Notes: generated by a model not told the origin, from the sequence alone. A stretch of 64,000 nt of DNA from Patescibacteria group bacterium (GCA_026004435.1 BPJD01000004.1:5940-69939); one strand, 5' to 3'. Shown: positions 7,855 through 17,772, counted from the stretch's first letter. Numbers and translations are program-made.

Positions 7855-9041
7855 ACCTAACCGAGATCTCATACTTTATCAGAAAGTATGGCGTGCTAAT
7901 AATACTAGGGTTTGTTTTTATTATTCTGCTTATTATAACGCTTAATTTATTAACAAAACTTGCATCACAATCTCAACAACCAAAAACTATAAACAATACA
8001 GAACAAATTAAGATCAACCCTGTTTTTGGCAAGATCTCACTGCCTGAAATTGAGTCTAAAGAGATAAATCCTGAGACCAACTTTATTTTAGACACAATTG
8101 AAGGAGTTCCTATTACAGCTTCTACCAGCGCTGAAGTGCTTAAATTTGAAGAGAGCTCGCCAGTGCTGACCTATCTAGAAAAGTCATACTTAATGGCAAA
8201 GACATTGGGATTTGACACTCAACAGATCCAACCAACAAGAAGCAATACTCTAATCAACTTTGAGAACAACGATAAAGAACTGGCCATTGAAATTACTGAT
8301 TTTAGCTTCAAGTATAGATTAAAAGAAGAATATTTAGCCAAGATAGCTAATAATTTGTTTATAACCGATGAAAACTTTCTACTTACTTTAGCCAAAGAAA
8401 AACTTAATGAAGTTAACAAGTACACCAAAAATTTAGTAAACGGAAAAATTAACCTTATTTACTTAAAGATTGATCACCAAGGAAAAGTAGAGATTGTAGA
8501 CTCCAGTGCGTCAGCCAATAGTTTAAGAATTGATTTTTACCCGAATGATATAAACGGCATACCAATAATTACAGAGTCTTATGACAAAAGCCCGAATTAT
8601 ATAGTAATTGCAATTGAAAAAAAAGTAATACAGCAAACTAATACTTCAGAAGAACAAACAGACCAACAAACAAACACTGAGCTAGAGCAGGTCAATGATG
8701 CAGTACCTACTCCTACACCAACTCCTACTCCTACGCCAATTATTCAGGAAGAACCAATAATAATATCCGCCAGTGTGCAGGATAAAAACTTTACAACTGA
8801 GATAGGCGTTTATCCTTTAATCTCAGGTGATCAAGCTTGGGAGAATTTACAAAACAAAAAGGCTGTTTTTGTATTGACTCCAGAGGAAGATCTCAATCAG
8901 ATTGAGATCGACAAAATGTTTTTAGGTTATCTGTACGCTCCTGATAAAAGCAAATATTTGCTGCCCTACTATGTTTTTTTAGGCAAAGACTTTATAGCTT
9001 ATGTGCCTGCTTTGGATCCAGAACACATAGAAACTAATTGA
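7851..9041 (+). CDS. membrane-anchored hypothetical protein with a PT-repeat linker
   Basis: N-terminal TM helix and a PTPTPTPTPTP linker. No recognisable domain. ATGA start/stop overlap with the upstream gene. Confidence 0.5.
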   Translation: MNLTEISYFIRKYGVLIILGFVFIILLIITLNLLTKLASQSQQPKTINNTEQIKINPVFGKISLPEIESKEINPETNFILDTIEGVPITASTSAEVLKFEESSPVLTYLEKSYLMAKTLGFDTQQIQPTRSNTLINFENNDKELAIEITDFSFKYRLKEEYLAKIANNLFITDENFLLTLAKEKLNEVNKYTKNLVNGKINLIYLKIDHQGKVEIVDSSASANSLRIDFYPNDINGIPIITESYDKSPNYIVIAIEKKVIQQTNTSEEQTDQQTNTELEQVNDAVPTPTPTPTPTPIIQEEPIIISASVQDKNFTTEIGVYPLISGDQAWENLQNKKAVFVLTPEEDLNQIEIDKMFLGYLYAPDKSKYLLPYYVFLGKDFIAYVPALDPEHIETN

Positions 9042-9969
9042 CAAAAGAAACAACAACATTAGTATTTAACCAATTAATAACAGCCCTTGTTTCAGTAAAT
9101 CTATCAAGACTTCCAACTAAAATTACAACTATATCTCCTGCTGAATTATGTTTATACAAGGTAATTAAGTTCTCTCCAGCATTAGGCGTAAACCCGGTTT
9201 TGAGTCCAGCCACTCCGGGTATATCTCCCAAAAGCTGATTGACATTCTCAAGCCTGTAAAAGGTTTTATACTCAATATCTGAGACTGTAATCTCTTTTAT
9301 ACCAACTGTTTTTTTTAAAAAAGGATCCTTAAGAAAAAAATTAACTGCTTTTGCCAAATCTTTTACAGTTGTGTAGTGATTTAAGTCATCAAAACCAGCA
9401 GGATTTGTAAAATGAGAGTTTGTCATTCCCAGATCAACAGCTGTTTTATTCATCTGATTAATAAAGTTATCAAATCCTGCAGAATCAGCCAAAGCAAATG
9501 CCGCATCATTGGCAGAATGAATTAAGATAGCATACAATAAATTCTCAACTGAAAACCTCTGGCCCGGAAAAATGCCCATTACCCTGCCCTCAGTAATTGT
9601 TCTTGATACCTTAACTACATCATCTAAATCATAAAATTGCAGAGCAGTTATTGCTGTGATAATCTTTGTTAAAGAGGCAGGAAAGATCTTTAGATCCTGA
9701 TTTTTTTGATACAAAACAATATTATCATCTTTAACATAAACATACACTGCTTTTGCAGTTAAGTTTGAGACAGGAGCATAATCAATCACTGAATAAACTT
9801 TATCAATCTTAAGCAATTTGTCTTTATAACTAACCTGATCAAGGTTAAGTTTAAAATCTTTTGTGTATAAAGCATTATGAATTTTTTTTGCAGTTAAATT
9901 ATCTCCCGAATAAAACAATAGAAACATTACCAGCAAAATAAAAACAGCTATTTGATCAGGTCTTGCCAT
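9034..9969 (-). CDS. D-alanyl-D-alanine carboxypeptidase (peptidase S11, PBP5/6-like)
   Basis: SxxK (PASLTKI), SxN (HSANDAA) and KTG (LKTGFT) motifs, plus an N-terminal signal anchor. Confidence 0.8.
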   Translation of the reverse strand: MARPDQIAVFILLVMFLLFYSGDNLTAKKIHNALYTKDFKLNLDQVSYKDKLLKIDKVYSVIDYAPVSNLTAKAVYVYVKDDNIVLYQKNQDLKIFPASLTKIITAITALQFYDLDDVVKVSRTITEGRVMGIFPGQRFSVENLLYAILIHSANDAAFALADSAGFDNFINQMNKTAVDLGMTNSHFTNPAGFDDLNHYTTVKDLAKAVNFFLKDPFLKKTVGIKEITVSDIEYKTFYRLENVNQLLGDIPGVAGLKTGFTPNAGENLITLYKHNSAGDIVVILVGSLDRFTETRAVINWLNTNVVVSFVN

Positions 9970-9992
9970 ATATTAAAAATACTAAATTTAAG

Positions 9993-11378
9993 TCAATCTT
10001 CAACGACAGCAATGCCCAATTCTTTAAGCTGTTGATCTGAGACTGTATCAGGCGCAGACATAACAGCTGTTACACCACCTGAAGTAGCAGGAAAGGCAAT
10101 CACCTCTCTAACAGATCGTTCATTTAAAATAACCTGCAATAATCTGTCAAACCCAATTGCAATTCCGCCATGCGGCGGCACACCATAACTGAAGGCTTTC
10201 AATAAATGACCAAACTTAGCCTCTACATCTGATTTTTTATGCCCCATTATCTGAAAAATCTTGCTCTGAAGTTCTGGATCTGTTATTCTAATTGAGCCTC
10301 CTGCAACCTCAAATCCATTTAACACCAGATCATACTGTTGAGCCCTAACCTTACCAAACTCGCCTGAGTCAAGATACTTTAAATCCTCTTTTTTAGGAGA
10401 GGTAAAAGGGTGATGTACAGTAGTCCATCTTTTTTCTTCCTCACTCCACTCAAAGGCAGGGAAATCAACTATCCAACAAAACGCTAAAACATTTTCATCC
10501 TGCTTTTTTCTAATATCCGGTCTGTCACTGTTATACTGCTTCATTGCTGTCTGATAATCAATTACAGGAAAAGGAGTCTGCATAATAGTTTTTTCAGGAA
10601 AGACTTCTTTTACAAGATTGATTATCATCTGTTCAACTAAACCCCTTACCTCATCTTCTGCAACAAACGACATCTCAATATCTATCTGAGTAAACTCCCC
10701 ATAGGCCCTGTCTGCTCTAGGGTCTTCATCTCTAAAACATCTTGCTATCTGAAAATATCTTTCAACTCCTGCAACCATTAACAGTTGTTTATACTGTTGC
10801 GGAGACTGCGGCAGGGCATAAAACTTTCCTTTTTTTAGTCTTGAAGGCACAATAAAATCTCTGGCGCCTTCAGGAGTAGATTTAGTTAGAATCGGCGTCT
10901 CAACCTCCCAAAAACCTTTTTCTACAAGATAATTCCTAACATAAGACAAAACCTTTTGTCTGAAAAAAAGATTTCTCTTCATTCTCTCTCTTCGTAAGTC
11001 AAGGTAGCGATACTTAAGCCTAATCTGCTCGTCTAAATCATAACCGGAATCTCCTATCTCAAATGGCAGAACATCTGCAGATGACAACTTTTCAAAAGCC
11101 TTTACCTCAACCTCAATCCTTCCAGTCTCTAAGTTTGGGTTAACCAAATGATCTGGTCTTTGCTTAACTATACCTTTGACACAAACTACATCCTCCGGCG
11201 ACAAACTAGACAGCTGCTGATCTCCAACCAACTGAACCACACCGCTTCTATCTCTTAAATCTATAAAAACTACTTTTTTATGATCTCTAATCGAGTTAAC
11301 CCAGCCGTACAACTCAACTTCTTCTCCTACTTTATCTTTAATATCTAAAATAAAATATTTTTTCATTATTTGATTCAA
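9993..11378 (-). CDS. aspS: aspartate--tRNA ligase, bacterial-type sequence without the GAD insertion domain
   Basis: N-terminal OB fold. Class II motifs FYALPQSPQQYKQLL, CFRDEDPRADR and GGIAIGFDRL. Length is only 461 aa. Confidence 0.9.
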   Translation of the reverse strand: MNQIMKKYFILDIKDKVGEEVELYGWVNSIRDHKKVVFIDLRDRSGVVQLVGDQQLSSLSPEDVVCVKGIVKQRPDHLVNPNLETGRIEVEVKAFEKLSSADVLPFEIGDSGYDLDEQIRLKYRYLDLRRERMKRNLFFRQKVLSYVRNYLVEKGFWEVETPILTKSTPEGARDFIVPSRLKKGKFYALPQSPQQYKQLLMVAGVERYFQIARCFRDEDPRADRAYGEFTQIDIEMSFVAEDEVRGLVEQMIINLVKEVFPEKTIMQTPFPVIDYQTAMKQYNSDRPDIRKKQDENVLAFCWIVDFPAFEWSEEEKRWTTVHHPFTSPKKEDLKYLDSGEFGKVRAQQYDLVLNGFEVAGGSIRITDPELQSKIFQIMGHKKSDVEAKFGHLLKAFSYGVPPHGGIAIGFDRLLQVILNERSVREVIAFPATSGGVTAVMSAPDTVSDQQLKELGIAVVED

Positions 11379-11410
11379 CTTATAAGTTATGTAAATTATA
11401 ACAGGAGGAA

Positions 11411-12280
11411 TTAGTTATTCAATTCATCTGCAAGTTCTTTTAAAAGTTTTTTAGCTCTGCCAGAAACCTTATCAGGAACAGAGATTTTAAAAACAACATA
11501 AAGATCTCCCCTGCCTGAACCTCTAACATAAGGCATACCCTTGCCCTTAAGTCTTAGCATAGAACCATCCTCAGTTCCCGGCTTTATCCTGACCTTAACA
11601 CTGCCATCTAATGTCTCAATCTCCTTTTCTCCGCCTAAAACAGCAGTAGGGTAATCTATTGTCTCAACCACATAAAGATCCTGGCCTTTTCTTTGAAACC
11701 TGGTATCAGGAGAGACTCTGACAACAATATCAAAGTCAGAAAATCTAATTCTCTGACCGTCGTCTATACCAGCAGGGATCTTAATTTTTTTCTGTTTGCC
11801 TTTTATGACTACAGTTTTTTCTGCACCTTCAAATGCTTCTTTAAAACTTATGTTAATTTGATAAATGTCTCTTTTTTTTCTGGAAAAAGGAGAGCTGGAT
11901 CCAAAAAAACTTTCAAAAACCTCAAACGGATCTGAAAATCCTCCAAAATCTACATCAAAAGGATTTTCTCCACCAAAGGTTGTATAAATATACTCAAAAG
12001 GTCCCTGCCTGTAACTGTAGGTCCTCTGACCACCAAAACCACCTGAACCAGGTCCTGCTGACCCTGAAAAAGCTGAGTGACCATAGGTGTCGTAAAGTTT
12101 TCTTTTTTCAGGGTCAGACAAGACCTGATAAGCTTCATTAATCTCCTTAAATTTTTTTTCTGCTTCAGGCGATTTGTTTTTATCAGGATGCCACTGCAAA
12201 GCCAATTTACGATAAGCCTTTTTTATCTCATCTGAACTTGCAGTTTTTGCAACTCCCAGAATCTCATAATAATCTTTCAT
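11411..12280 (-). CDS. dnaJ: J-domain co-chaperone (DnaJ/CbpA-like, class II, no zinc finger)
   Basis: J domain with HPD (LQWHPDKNK), a G/F-rich region and C-terminal substrate-binding domains. The protein contains no cysteine at all. It is the last gene of the hrcA-grpE-dnaK cluster. Confidence 0.85.
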   Translation of the reverse strand: MKDYYEILGVAKTASSDEIKKAYRKLALQWHPDKNKSPEAEKKFKEINEAYQVLSDPEKRKLYDTYGHSAFSGSAGPGSGGFGGQRTYSYRQGPFEYIYTTFGGENPFDVDFGGFSDPFEVFESFFGSSSPFSRKKRDIYQINISFKEAFEGAEKTVVIKGKQKKIKIPAGIDDGQRIRFSDFDIVVRVSPDTRFQRKGQDLYVVETIDYPTAVLGGEKEIETLDGSVKVRIKPGTEDGSMLRLKGKGMPYVRGSGRGDLYVVFKISVPDKVSGRAKKLLKELADELNN

Positions 12281-12285
12281 AAGTG

Positions 12286-14187
12286 TTAATCAACAACTTC
12301 ACCTTCTTCAGGCTTATCATCAGAATCCTGCTTATCTTTATCTGCAGACTCTGATTTGCCGCTTGTCTTGCCAGCATCAGACTGCTGGCCTTGTTGATAC
12401 ATCTTGGCTCCAATCTCCTGAATGTAATTAGACAACTCCTGAGTCTTTGCCTGAAGATCTTCTTTAGATACATCTTCTTTGGCTGTAAGTTCTCTAACCT
12501 GCTTTAGCAAATCCTCAATCTTTTTCTGTTCATCTTCTGACAGCTTATCTTTATTGTCTTTAAGCATCTTTTCAGCAGTATAAGCAACAGAGTCTGCTTT
12601 ATTCTTCTCTTCTATCAACTCTTTTAATTTCTCATCTTCTTGTTTATGAGCCTCAGCCTCCTGCTTCATTTTCTCTATTTCTTCCTCGCTTAAACCAGTA
12701 GAACCCTTTATTGTAATTGACTGCTTTTTGCCCGTTGCTTTATCCTTTGCTGTAACTGTCAAAATACCATTGGCATCAAGATCAAAAGTAACCTCAATCT
12801 GAGGCACTCCTCTTGGAGCTGGCGGTATACCCTCTAAAATAAATCTTCCCAATGATTTATTATCTTTAGCCATTGGTCTTTCACCCTGCAGTATATGAAT
12901 CTCTACCTGAGTCTGATTGTCTGCTGCTGTTGAGAACACCTCAGACTTAGAGGTTGGAATTGTTGTGTTTCTTGGTATTAAAGGCGTCATAACTCCGCCC
13001 AGTGTCTCAACGCCAAGTGTTAATGGCGTAACATCAAGCAACACAACATCCTTAGCCTCACCGGTTATAATTCCAGCCTGAACAGCTGCACCTAAAGCCA
13101 CAACCTCATCAGGATTAATGCCTCTGTGAGGATCTTTGCCAAAGAACTTCTTAACTTCTTCAATTACCTTTGGCATTCTGGTCATTCCGCCCACCAAGAT
13201 CACCTCATCAACCTTATCTGCTGTTATTTTAGCATCCTTAAGACACTCTTTAACAGGATCAAAGGTTTTCTTGATCAGGTCTTCTACTAAACTTTCCAGT
13301 TTAGCTCTTGTCAGCTTCTGCACCAAATGCAAAGGCTGATTATCTTTAACTGTAATAAACGGCAGATTAATCTCTGTCTCCATTGAACTTGACAACTCAA
13401 TCTTAGCTTTTTCAGCCGCATCTCTTAGTCTTTGCAAAGCCTGAGGATCTTTTCTTAAGTCTATACCATGCTCTTTATTAAACTCATCAGCCACATAATC
13501 AAGTATTGCTTTATCAAAGTCATCTCCACCTAAATGAGTATCTCCGTTTGTTGCCTTAACCTCAAAGACTCCTTCTCCCAACTCTAAAATAGTAATATCA
13601 AATGTGCCTCCTCCAAGATCATAAACAGCTATTGTGTGTGAATGCTTTTTATCTAAACCATAAGCTAAAGCTGCTGCTGTAGGCTCATTTAATATTCTTT
13701 CAACCTTTAAGCCAGCAATCTCACCTGCCTGTTTGGTAGCCTGTCTTTGAGCATCGTCAAAATAAGCTGGCACAGTAATTACAGCTTTTTCTACTTTTTC
13801 GCCAAGAAAAGCCTCAGCATCTGCTTTAAGTTTCTGCAGAATCATAGCAGAGATCTCTTCAGGCGTATAGGTTTTGCCTTCAACCTCAACAACTGCCTTT
13901 CCGTTCTTGCCTTCTTTTATCTTGTATGGCAGCCATTTAATATCTCTCTGAACCGACTCATCGCTGAATTTTTTTCCCATCAATCTTTTTATTGAGAAAA
14001 TAATTCTCTCAGGATGCAAAAGCATCTGTCTTTTGGCTGTATCGCCAACAATTCTTTTAACTGGATCAACAACAGAAGGAGTTACATTTCTTCCTTCCTG
14101 AGAAGGAATAACTTTAGGCTGACCTCCTTCCATAACTGCAACAACTGAATTTGTTGTTCCTAAATCAATACCTATTACTTTTCCCAT
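12286..14187 (-). CDS. dnaK: molecular chaperone DnaK (Hsp70)
   Basis: Hsp70 signatures [17 protein letters not shown] and [11 protein letters not shown]. Length is 633 aa. Confidence 0.97.
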   Translation of the reverse strand: MGKVIGIDLGTTNSVVAVMEGGQPKVIPSQEGRNVTPSVVDPVKRIVGDTAKRQMLLHPERIIFSIKRLMGKKFSDESVQRDIKWLPYKIKEGKNGKAVVEVEGKTYTPEEISAMILQKLKADAEAFLGEKVEKAVITVPAYFDDAQRQATKQAGEIAGLKVERILNEPTAAALAYGLDKKHSHTIAVYDLGGGTFDITILELGEGVFEVKATNGDTHLGGDDFDKAILDYVADEFNKEHGIDLRKDPQALQRLRDAAEKAKIELSSSMETEINLPFITVKDNQPLHLVQKLTRAKLESLVEDLIKKTFDPVKECLKDAKITADKVDEVILVGGMTRMPKVIEEVKKFFGKDPHRGINPDEVVALGAAVQAGIITGEAKDVVLLDVTPLTLGVETLGGVMTPLIPRNTTIPTSKSEVFSTAADNQTQVEIHILQGERPMAKDNKSLGRFILEGIPPAPRGVPQIEVTFDLDANGILTVTAKDKATGKKQSITIKGSTGLSEEEIEKMKQEAEAHKQEDEKLKELIEEKNKADSVAYTAEKMLKDNKDKLSEDEQKKIEDLLKQVRELTAKEDVSKEDLQAKTQELSNYIQEIGAKMYQQGQQSDAGKTSGKSESADKDKQDSDDKPEEGEVVD

Positions 14188-14208
14188 AGTTTCAATTAAA
14201 AAAAACTT

Positions 14209-14646
14209 TTAACTTTTCTTTTTCACCTGAACTTTACCAACCTGCAAAACTTTATCTGATAATTTATAAGCATTTCTATAAACCTTAGAAATAGTATTGT
14301 TCTCCTGCTCATCTTTACACTCAACCACATCTACTACCTCAGCCAGATCTGGATCAAACTTTTTACCTTCCAGATCAACCTCTTCAACGCCAAAATCCTG
14401 CAAAAATCTCTTCATCTTATTCTTAATCATCTTCAATCCCGGATCTGTTACAAAAACCTCAGCTCTAAGCACATCATCATAAATATCCAAAAATCTTCTT
14501 AAAAATCTAAAAGACAAGTCTTGCTCTATTCTTTGCTTTTCCTGTTCAACTCTCTTCAGTAAATTCTGATAATCAGCCAAAGCTCTTAGATACTTTTCCT
14601 TAAACTCAACCTCAGTCTGACTCTGCTTTTTTTTTCTATCTGTCAT
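14209..14646 (-). CDS. grpE: nucleotide exchange factor GrpE (short, 145 aa)
   Basis: It sits between hrcA and dnaK. The coiled-coil N-terminus (ALADYQNLLKRVEQEK) followed by a small beta domain is typical of GrpE. Confidence 0.8.
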   Translation of the reverse strand: MTDRKKKQSQTEVEFKEKYLRALADYQNLLKRVEQEKQRIEQDLSFRFLRRFLDIYDDVLRAEVFVTDPGLKMIKNKMKRFLQDFGVEEVDLEGKKFDPDLAEVVDVVECKDEQENNTISKVYRNAYKLSDKVLQVGKVQVKKKS

Positions 14647-14667
14647 AACTTTAAACTACTTAAACTA

Positions 14668-15417
14668 CTAATAACCCTCATTTACCAGAATCTCTGACAA
14701 AAGAGAAGACATATACTTAACTTTAGGAATTACCTCATCGTAATAAATTCTCTTTGTCCCGACAACGCCTATGTAGCCTGAGGTTAATCTTCCCTGAAAC
14801 TCTGCCATAACTCCTGCTAAATTCTCAAAGGTTGGGTCCTGCAAATCATCTTCTCCTAAAAACACCATCAAATCCTCCTGAAGTTTTTCAATCCGTTTAA
14901 TAATATGAGTCCAGAACATATCATCCTCAAATTTAGAAAATATGGCAGGAAGTTTTTCCTCTTCTTCTAAAAACTCTTGGAAATTTAAAATATTGGCAAT
15001 TCCAGAGTAGTATAAATCTCCTTCTCTGCTTAAGGCAACACACAACAACTTTGTTTTCAAAGCAAGCACTCTGGTTGAGTTCTGAAGCAGTCTATGAAAC
15101 TCTTTTCTATCATCCCAGATACTGTTTTTAAGCCCAACAGCCTCTGCAGTAGAAAGATCAGATGGTTCCATCATATGCTGGATATACAACCTATAAGCCT
15201 TAGCTGTTGGAATTCTGCCGGAGGAAAAATAGGACTTGCTTAAATAACCCTTTTTAGCCAGAACTACCATCTCGTTGCGAATAGTAGCCGGCGAAGCTCC
15301 TATTTTATATTTTTTCTCCAGCAACTCAGAACCAACAGGCAAACCTGTATTAGTATACTCCTCAATTATCTTTCTTAAAATATCAAGCTGTCTTTGAGTT
15401 AAATCTATCTCTATCAT
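14668..15417 (-). CDS. hrcA: heat-inducible transcription repressor HrcA (short form, about 250 aa)
   Basis: Winged-helix N-terminus LTQRQLDILRKIIEEYTNTGLPVGSELL...SPATIRNEMVVLAKKGYL. The start is trimmed to ATG 15417, because the longer TTG-started ORF would run through its own promoter and operator. Confidence 0.8.
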   Translation of the reverse strand: MIEIDLTQRQLDILRKIIEEYTNTGLPVGSELLEKKYKIGASPATIRNEMVVLAKKGYLSKSYFSSGRIPTAKAYRLYIQHMMEPSDLSTAEAVGLKNSIWDDRKEFHRLLQNSTRVLALKTKLLCVALSREGDLYYSGIANILNFQEFLEEEEKLPAIFSKFEDDMFWTHIIKRIEKLQEDLMVFLGEDDLQDPTFENLAGVMAEFQGRLTSGYIGVVGTKRIYYDEVIPKVKYMSSLLSEILVNEGY

Positions 15418-15419
15418 AT

Positions 15420-15446
15420 TTAGCAAAATAATACCAACTCTGCTAA
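15420..15446. promoter_or_regulatory. degenerate CIRCE-like inverted repeat (TTAGCAAAA-N9-CTCTGCTAA)
   Basis: The outer hexamers TTAGCA/TGCTAA are perfectly complementary with the canonical 9-nt spacer. The inner 3 nt of each arm do not pair. The CIRCE consensus is TTAGCACTC-N9-GAGTGCTAA. The element lies 2 nt upstream of the hrcA ATG. Confidence 0.5.
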
Positions 15447-15456
15447 TGTTTGTCAA
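15428..15456 (-). promoter_or_regulatory. sigma70-type promoter of the hrcA operon (TTGACA-N17-TATTAT)
   Basis: On the minus strand: TTGACA (15456-15451), a 17-nt spacer, then TATTAT (15433-15428). The ATG follows 10 nt after the -10 box, and the CIRCE-like repeat overlaps the spacer and the -10. Confidence 0.55.
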
Positions 15457-15547
15457 GTGGTAAATAAAATAAACCCAAAACTGCTTATAAAACTAATACC
15501 TTCACCAATAACTAAGTTAAAAAAGCATTAATCTTTGAGCAGTCATC

Positions 15548-15556
15548 TGTTAAAAT
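15548..15556 (+). promoter_or_regulatory. possible extended -10 promoter of efp (TGTTAAAAT)
   Basis: A TGn-TAAAAT element lies 9 nt upstream of the efp ATG. There is no good -35 box. Confidence 0.3.
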
Positions 15557-15565
15557 TAGTTTACT

Positions 15566-16129
15566 ATGAAAGCATACACAGGTGACTTAAAAAAAGGAGA
15601 TTTTATAAAACTAGACAACCAAACCTATCAGGTTGTTGAGACAGAGTTTAATTATCGGGGCAGAGGAAGCGCCCTGATTAAGATTAAACTTAAGGATATA
15701 ACAAACTCAAACACTATAACCAAAACCTTTAAAACAGATGAGGAAGTAGAGCTTAAAGATGTTGTTGTAAAAAAACTCACATTTCTTTACCAAGAGGGAG
15801 ACAGATTTTATTTCTTAGACAATGACAACTATGAACAGCACGAAACCAGCAACAAAGCAGTAGCAGAACTCAAAGGCATTCTTCAGGAAGGCAAAGACTA
15901 CCTCTGTTATGTGGCAGACAATAATATCTTGCAGATTAAACTGCCAAATAGATTAAAGGTTCAGGTCTTGCAAACAGAGGCAGGTGTCAAAGGAAACAGA
16001 GTCTCAGCCGGCAGAAAACCAGCTGTTGTAACAGGTGGATTAACAATTATGGTTCCTTTATTTATCAGCCAAGGAGACCAAATTATTATTAATCCAGAAA
16101 CACAGGAGTATATTCAAAGAGCAAAATGA
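15566..16129 (+). CDS. efp: elongation factor P
   Basis: 187 aa with EF-P-like KOW/OB architecture. The N-terminus is KKGDFIKLDNQTYQVVETEFNYRGRGSALIKIKLKD. Confidence 0.9.
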   Translation: MKAYTGDLKKGDFIKLDNQTYQVVETEFNYRGRGSALIKIKLKDITNSNTITKTFKTDEEVELKDVVVKKLTFLYQEGDRFYFLDNDNYEQHETSNKAVAELKGILQEGKDYLCYVADNNILQIKLPNRLKVQVLQTEAGVKGNRVSAGRKPAVVTGGLTIMVPLFISQGDQIIINPETQEYIQRAK

Positions 16130-16752
16130 TAACAGTAGGCAGTCTGCTTAAAAAATCACGAATAAAACAAAACTTAAAGATAGACGATGTTGCCAAAACA
16201 ACCTTAATAAAGAACAAATTTATAAAAGCAGTAGAAACAGGCAACTGGAAAATCTTTCCTTCTAAAGTATACGCTCAAGGAGTAGTCAGAAATTACGCCA
16301 AAACCTTAGGCGAGGATCTTGACAAAGTTATGGCTTACTTTAGAAGCGAGTATAACAACTTTGAAAAACTAGAGTTTAGAGAAAAAAAGATAAATGAAAA
16401 CCCTATTGCCAAAGTAGTCAATAGACTAAATCTAAGCCTAATCATTTTAAGTTTAATTTTTTTGGCTTTTTTAAGCTTTCAGATATTCTTGTTTTTAAAG
16501 CCGCCTAAGCTGATGATTAATCTACCTGATCAAGAAACAATTGTTGTAAAAACAAATTTTATTCAGATCAGCGGAAAAACAGAAAAAGACGCTCAGATTA
16601 AAATAAACGACCAGGATTTAGAGATCAATCAACAGGGCGAGTTTCATTTAAGGTATCCTCTGCTTGAAGAAAAAAACACAGTCAAGATTACGGTTATAGG
16701 AGCTAATGGGAGATCAATAGAAAAAAACTATACTGTAATTAAAGAAAACTAA
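16126..16752 (+). CDS. RodZ-like helix-turn-helix membrane protein
   Basis: N-terminal Xre-type HTH, one TM helix and a C-terminal beta-rich domain. ATGA overlap with efp. Confidence 0.5.
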   Translation: MITVGSLLKKSRIKQNLKIDDVAKTTLIKNKFIKAVETGNWKIFPSKVYAQGVVRNYAKTLGEDLDKVMAYFRSEYNNFEKLEFREKKINENPIAKVVNRLNLSLIILSLIFLAFLSFQIFLFLKPPKLMINLPDQETIVVKTNFIQISGKTEKDAQIKINDQDLEINQQGEFHLRYPLLEEKNTVKITVIGANGRSIEKNYTVIKEN

Positions 16753-16753
16753 G

Positions 16754-17755
16754 TTACTGATCTTTGCTAGTAAAGATCTTTGGCCTTAACCAATCTTCTG
16801 GAGCTTTTTGGGAACTTTGTTGAGGCTTATTGTCGGCTGAAGCATCTCTTTGGTTGTTTAGATTAAATTTTACTGTTTTTTGCTGGTTTTCTGATCCCAA
16901 AAATCTTGGAACTGAAGAGCCAACACTACTGCCAAACTGACGACTGCCCGCCAAACCTGACGGCTGAACCGAAGGTTGAGATTGGCCTAAAACTAAACTA
17001 ATAAGCTCTTTTCTAACTCCTACTTTATACAGATAAGATGCCATCTCAAAGGTTTCCGGCTTAACACTCATTGATCTAAAATAGTTAGTTGCAGAAACTA
17101 AACCAATATATAAATTAGTTGCCATATCCTGATCAATCTCAACTGCAAGTTTTAAGGCCAATTGATAAATAATTTCAGAGACAGATGAATAACTGGTTGA
17201 AACATAATTTAAAACTCCGTAATAATTATTATTAAACTGCCTGTCAATGTTAATAATCTGAGCAGAGTCAAGCAGATCCTTCTTTTGCTGATAGATAGAG
17301 CCTAATCTCTGAAGCGTCGGAACACCTACAGTAATTACAAAATCAATAGATCCTCCTGTTTTGGCAAACTTAACATCCTTATAATCTGGAGGGTTAGCAC
17401 CTTCAGCAGGAACCAGTACAATAATAAACCTGCCGTTCTCAATTTTTGCGCTTACATCATTCACAGATCCTTCTTCATAAGGAAAACTGATCTCAAGATT
17501 ATTGCCTGATACCTCAAAACTCTGGCTAAATTTATCAGCAGCTATTAACTTTGAATCAATCTTTTTATCAGAAAAAAGATAAACTTCATAGCCCTTTTTC
17601 ATTAAAGCAAGGTATAAACTGCAGGCTGAAGCTATCTCATCGGTTGACGGATTATCCGACACAGCAATAATTCCTGTTTTAAGTTTCTCTAACTCTGTTT
17701 TTACCTCGTCTAAACTGTTGCTGTTGCGATTAGGCAAATTACCAAATCCCTGCAT
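16754..17755 (-). CDS. DHH-domain protein related to NrnA, with catalytic motifs substituted and no DHHA1 domain
   Basis: Homology is anchored by SYSSVSEIIYQL (NrnA has SASSVSEMIYEL) and by operon position after infB. The DHH motif reads NIDRQ, and the DxD and GDTGxF motifs read NPSTDE and VSATNYF. The C-terminus is a low-complexity S/Q/P tail. Confidence 0.55.
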   Translation of the reverse strand: MQGFGNLPNRNSNSLDEVKTELEKLKTGIIAVSDNPSTDEIASACSLYLALMKKGYEVYLFSDKKIDSKLIAADKFSQSFEVSGNNLEISFPYEEGSVNDVSAKIENGRFIIVLVPAEGANPPDYKDVKFAKTGGSIDFVITVGVPTLQRLGSIYQQKKDLLDSAQIINIDRQFNNNYYGVLNYVSTSYSSVSEIIYQLALKLAVEIDQDMATNLYIGLVSATNYFRSMSVKPETFEMASYLYKVGVRKELISLVLGQSQPSVQPSGLAGSRQFGSSVGSSVPRFLGSENQQKTVKFNLNNQRDASADNKPQQSSQKAPEDWLRPKIFTSKDQ

Positions 17756-17772
17756 ATTAACTATAATTTATA

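Noticed and set aside
8690-8745. Short-period CCTAC/CCAAC repeats here, and also at about 50180-50250 and 56270-56345, which could look like tandem repeats or a mini-array.
   Set aside because: They are in-frame Pro-Thr linker codons (PTPTPTP) inside ORFs. There are no spacers or repeat units of CRISPR size. No CRISPR array is present anywhere in the window.
11384-11395. A 12-bp perfect palindrome AACTTATAAGTT between dnaJ and aspS, considered as an operator.
   Set aside because: A short AT-only palindrome in AT-rich intergenic DNA has a high chance expectation, and no second copy was noticed.
11693-14482. Alternative-frame and antisense ORFs within dnaJ, dnaK and grpE (11693-11935, 11950-12138, 12264-12473, 13136-13339, 13747-13995, 14297-14482).
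   Set aside because: They are fully embedded in confidently identified chaperone genes and have low-complexity translations with no independent support.
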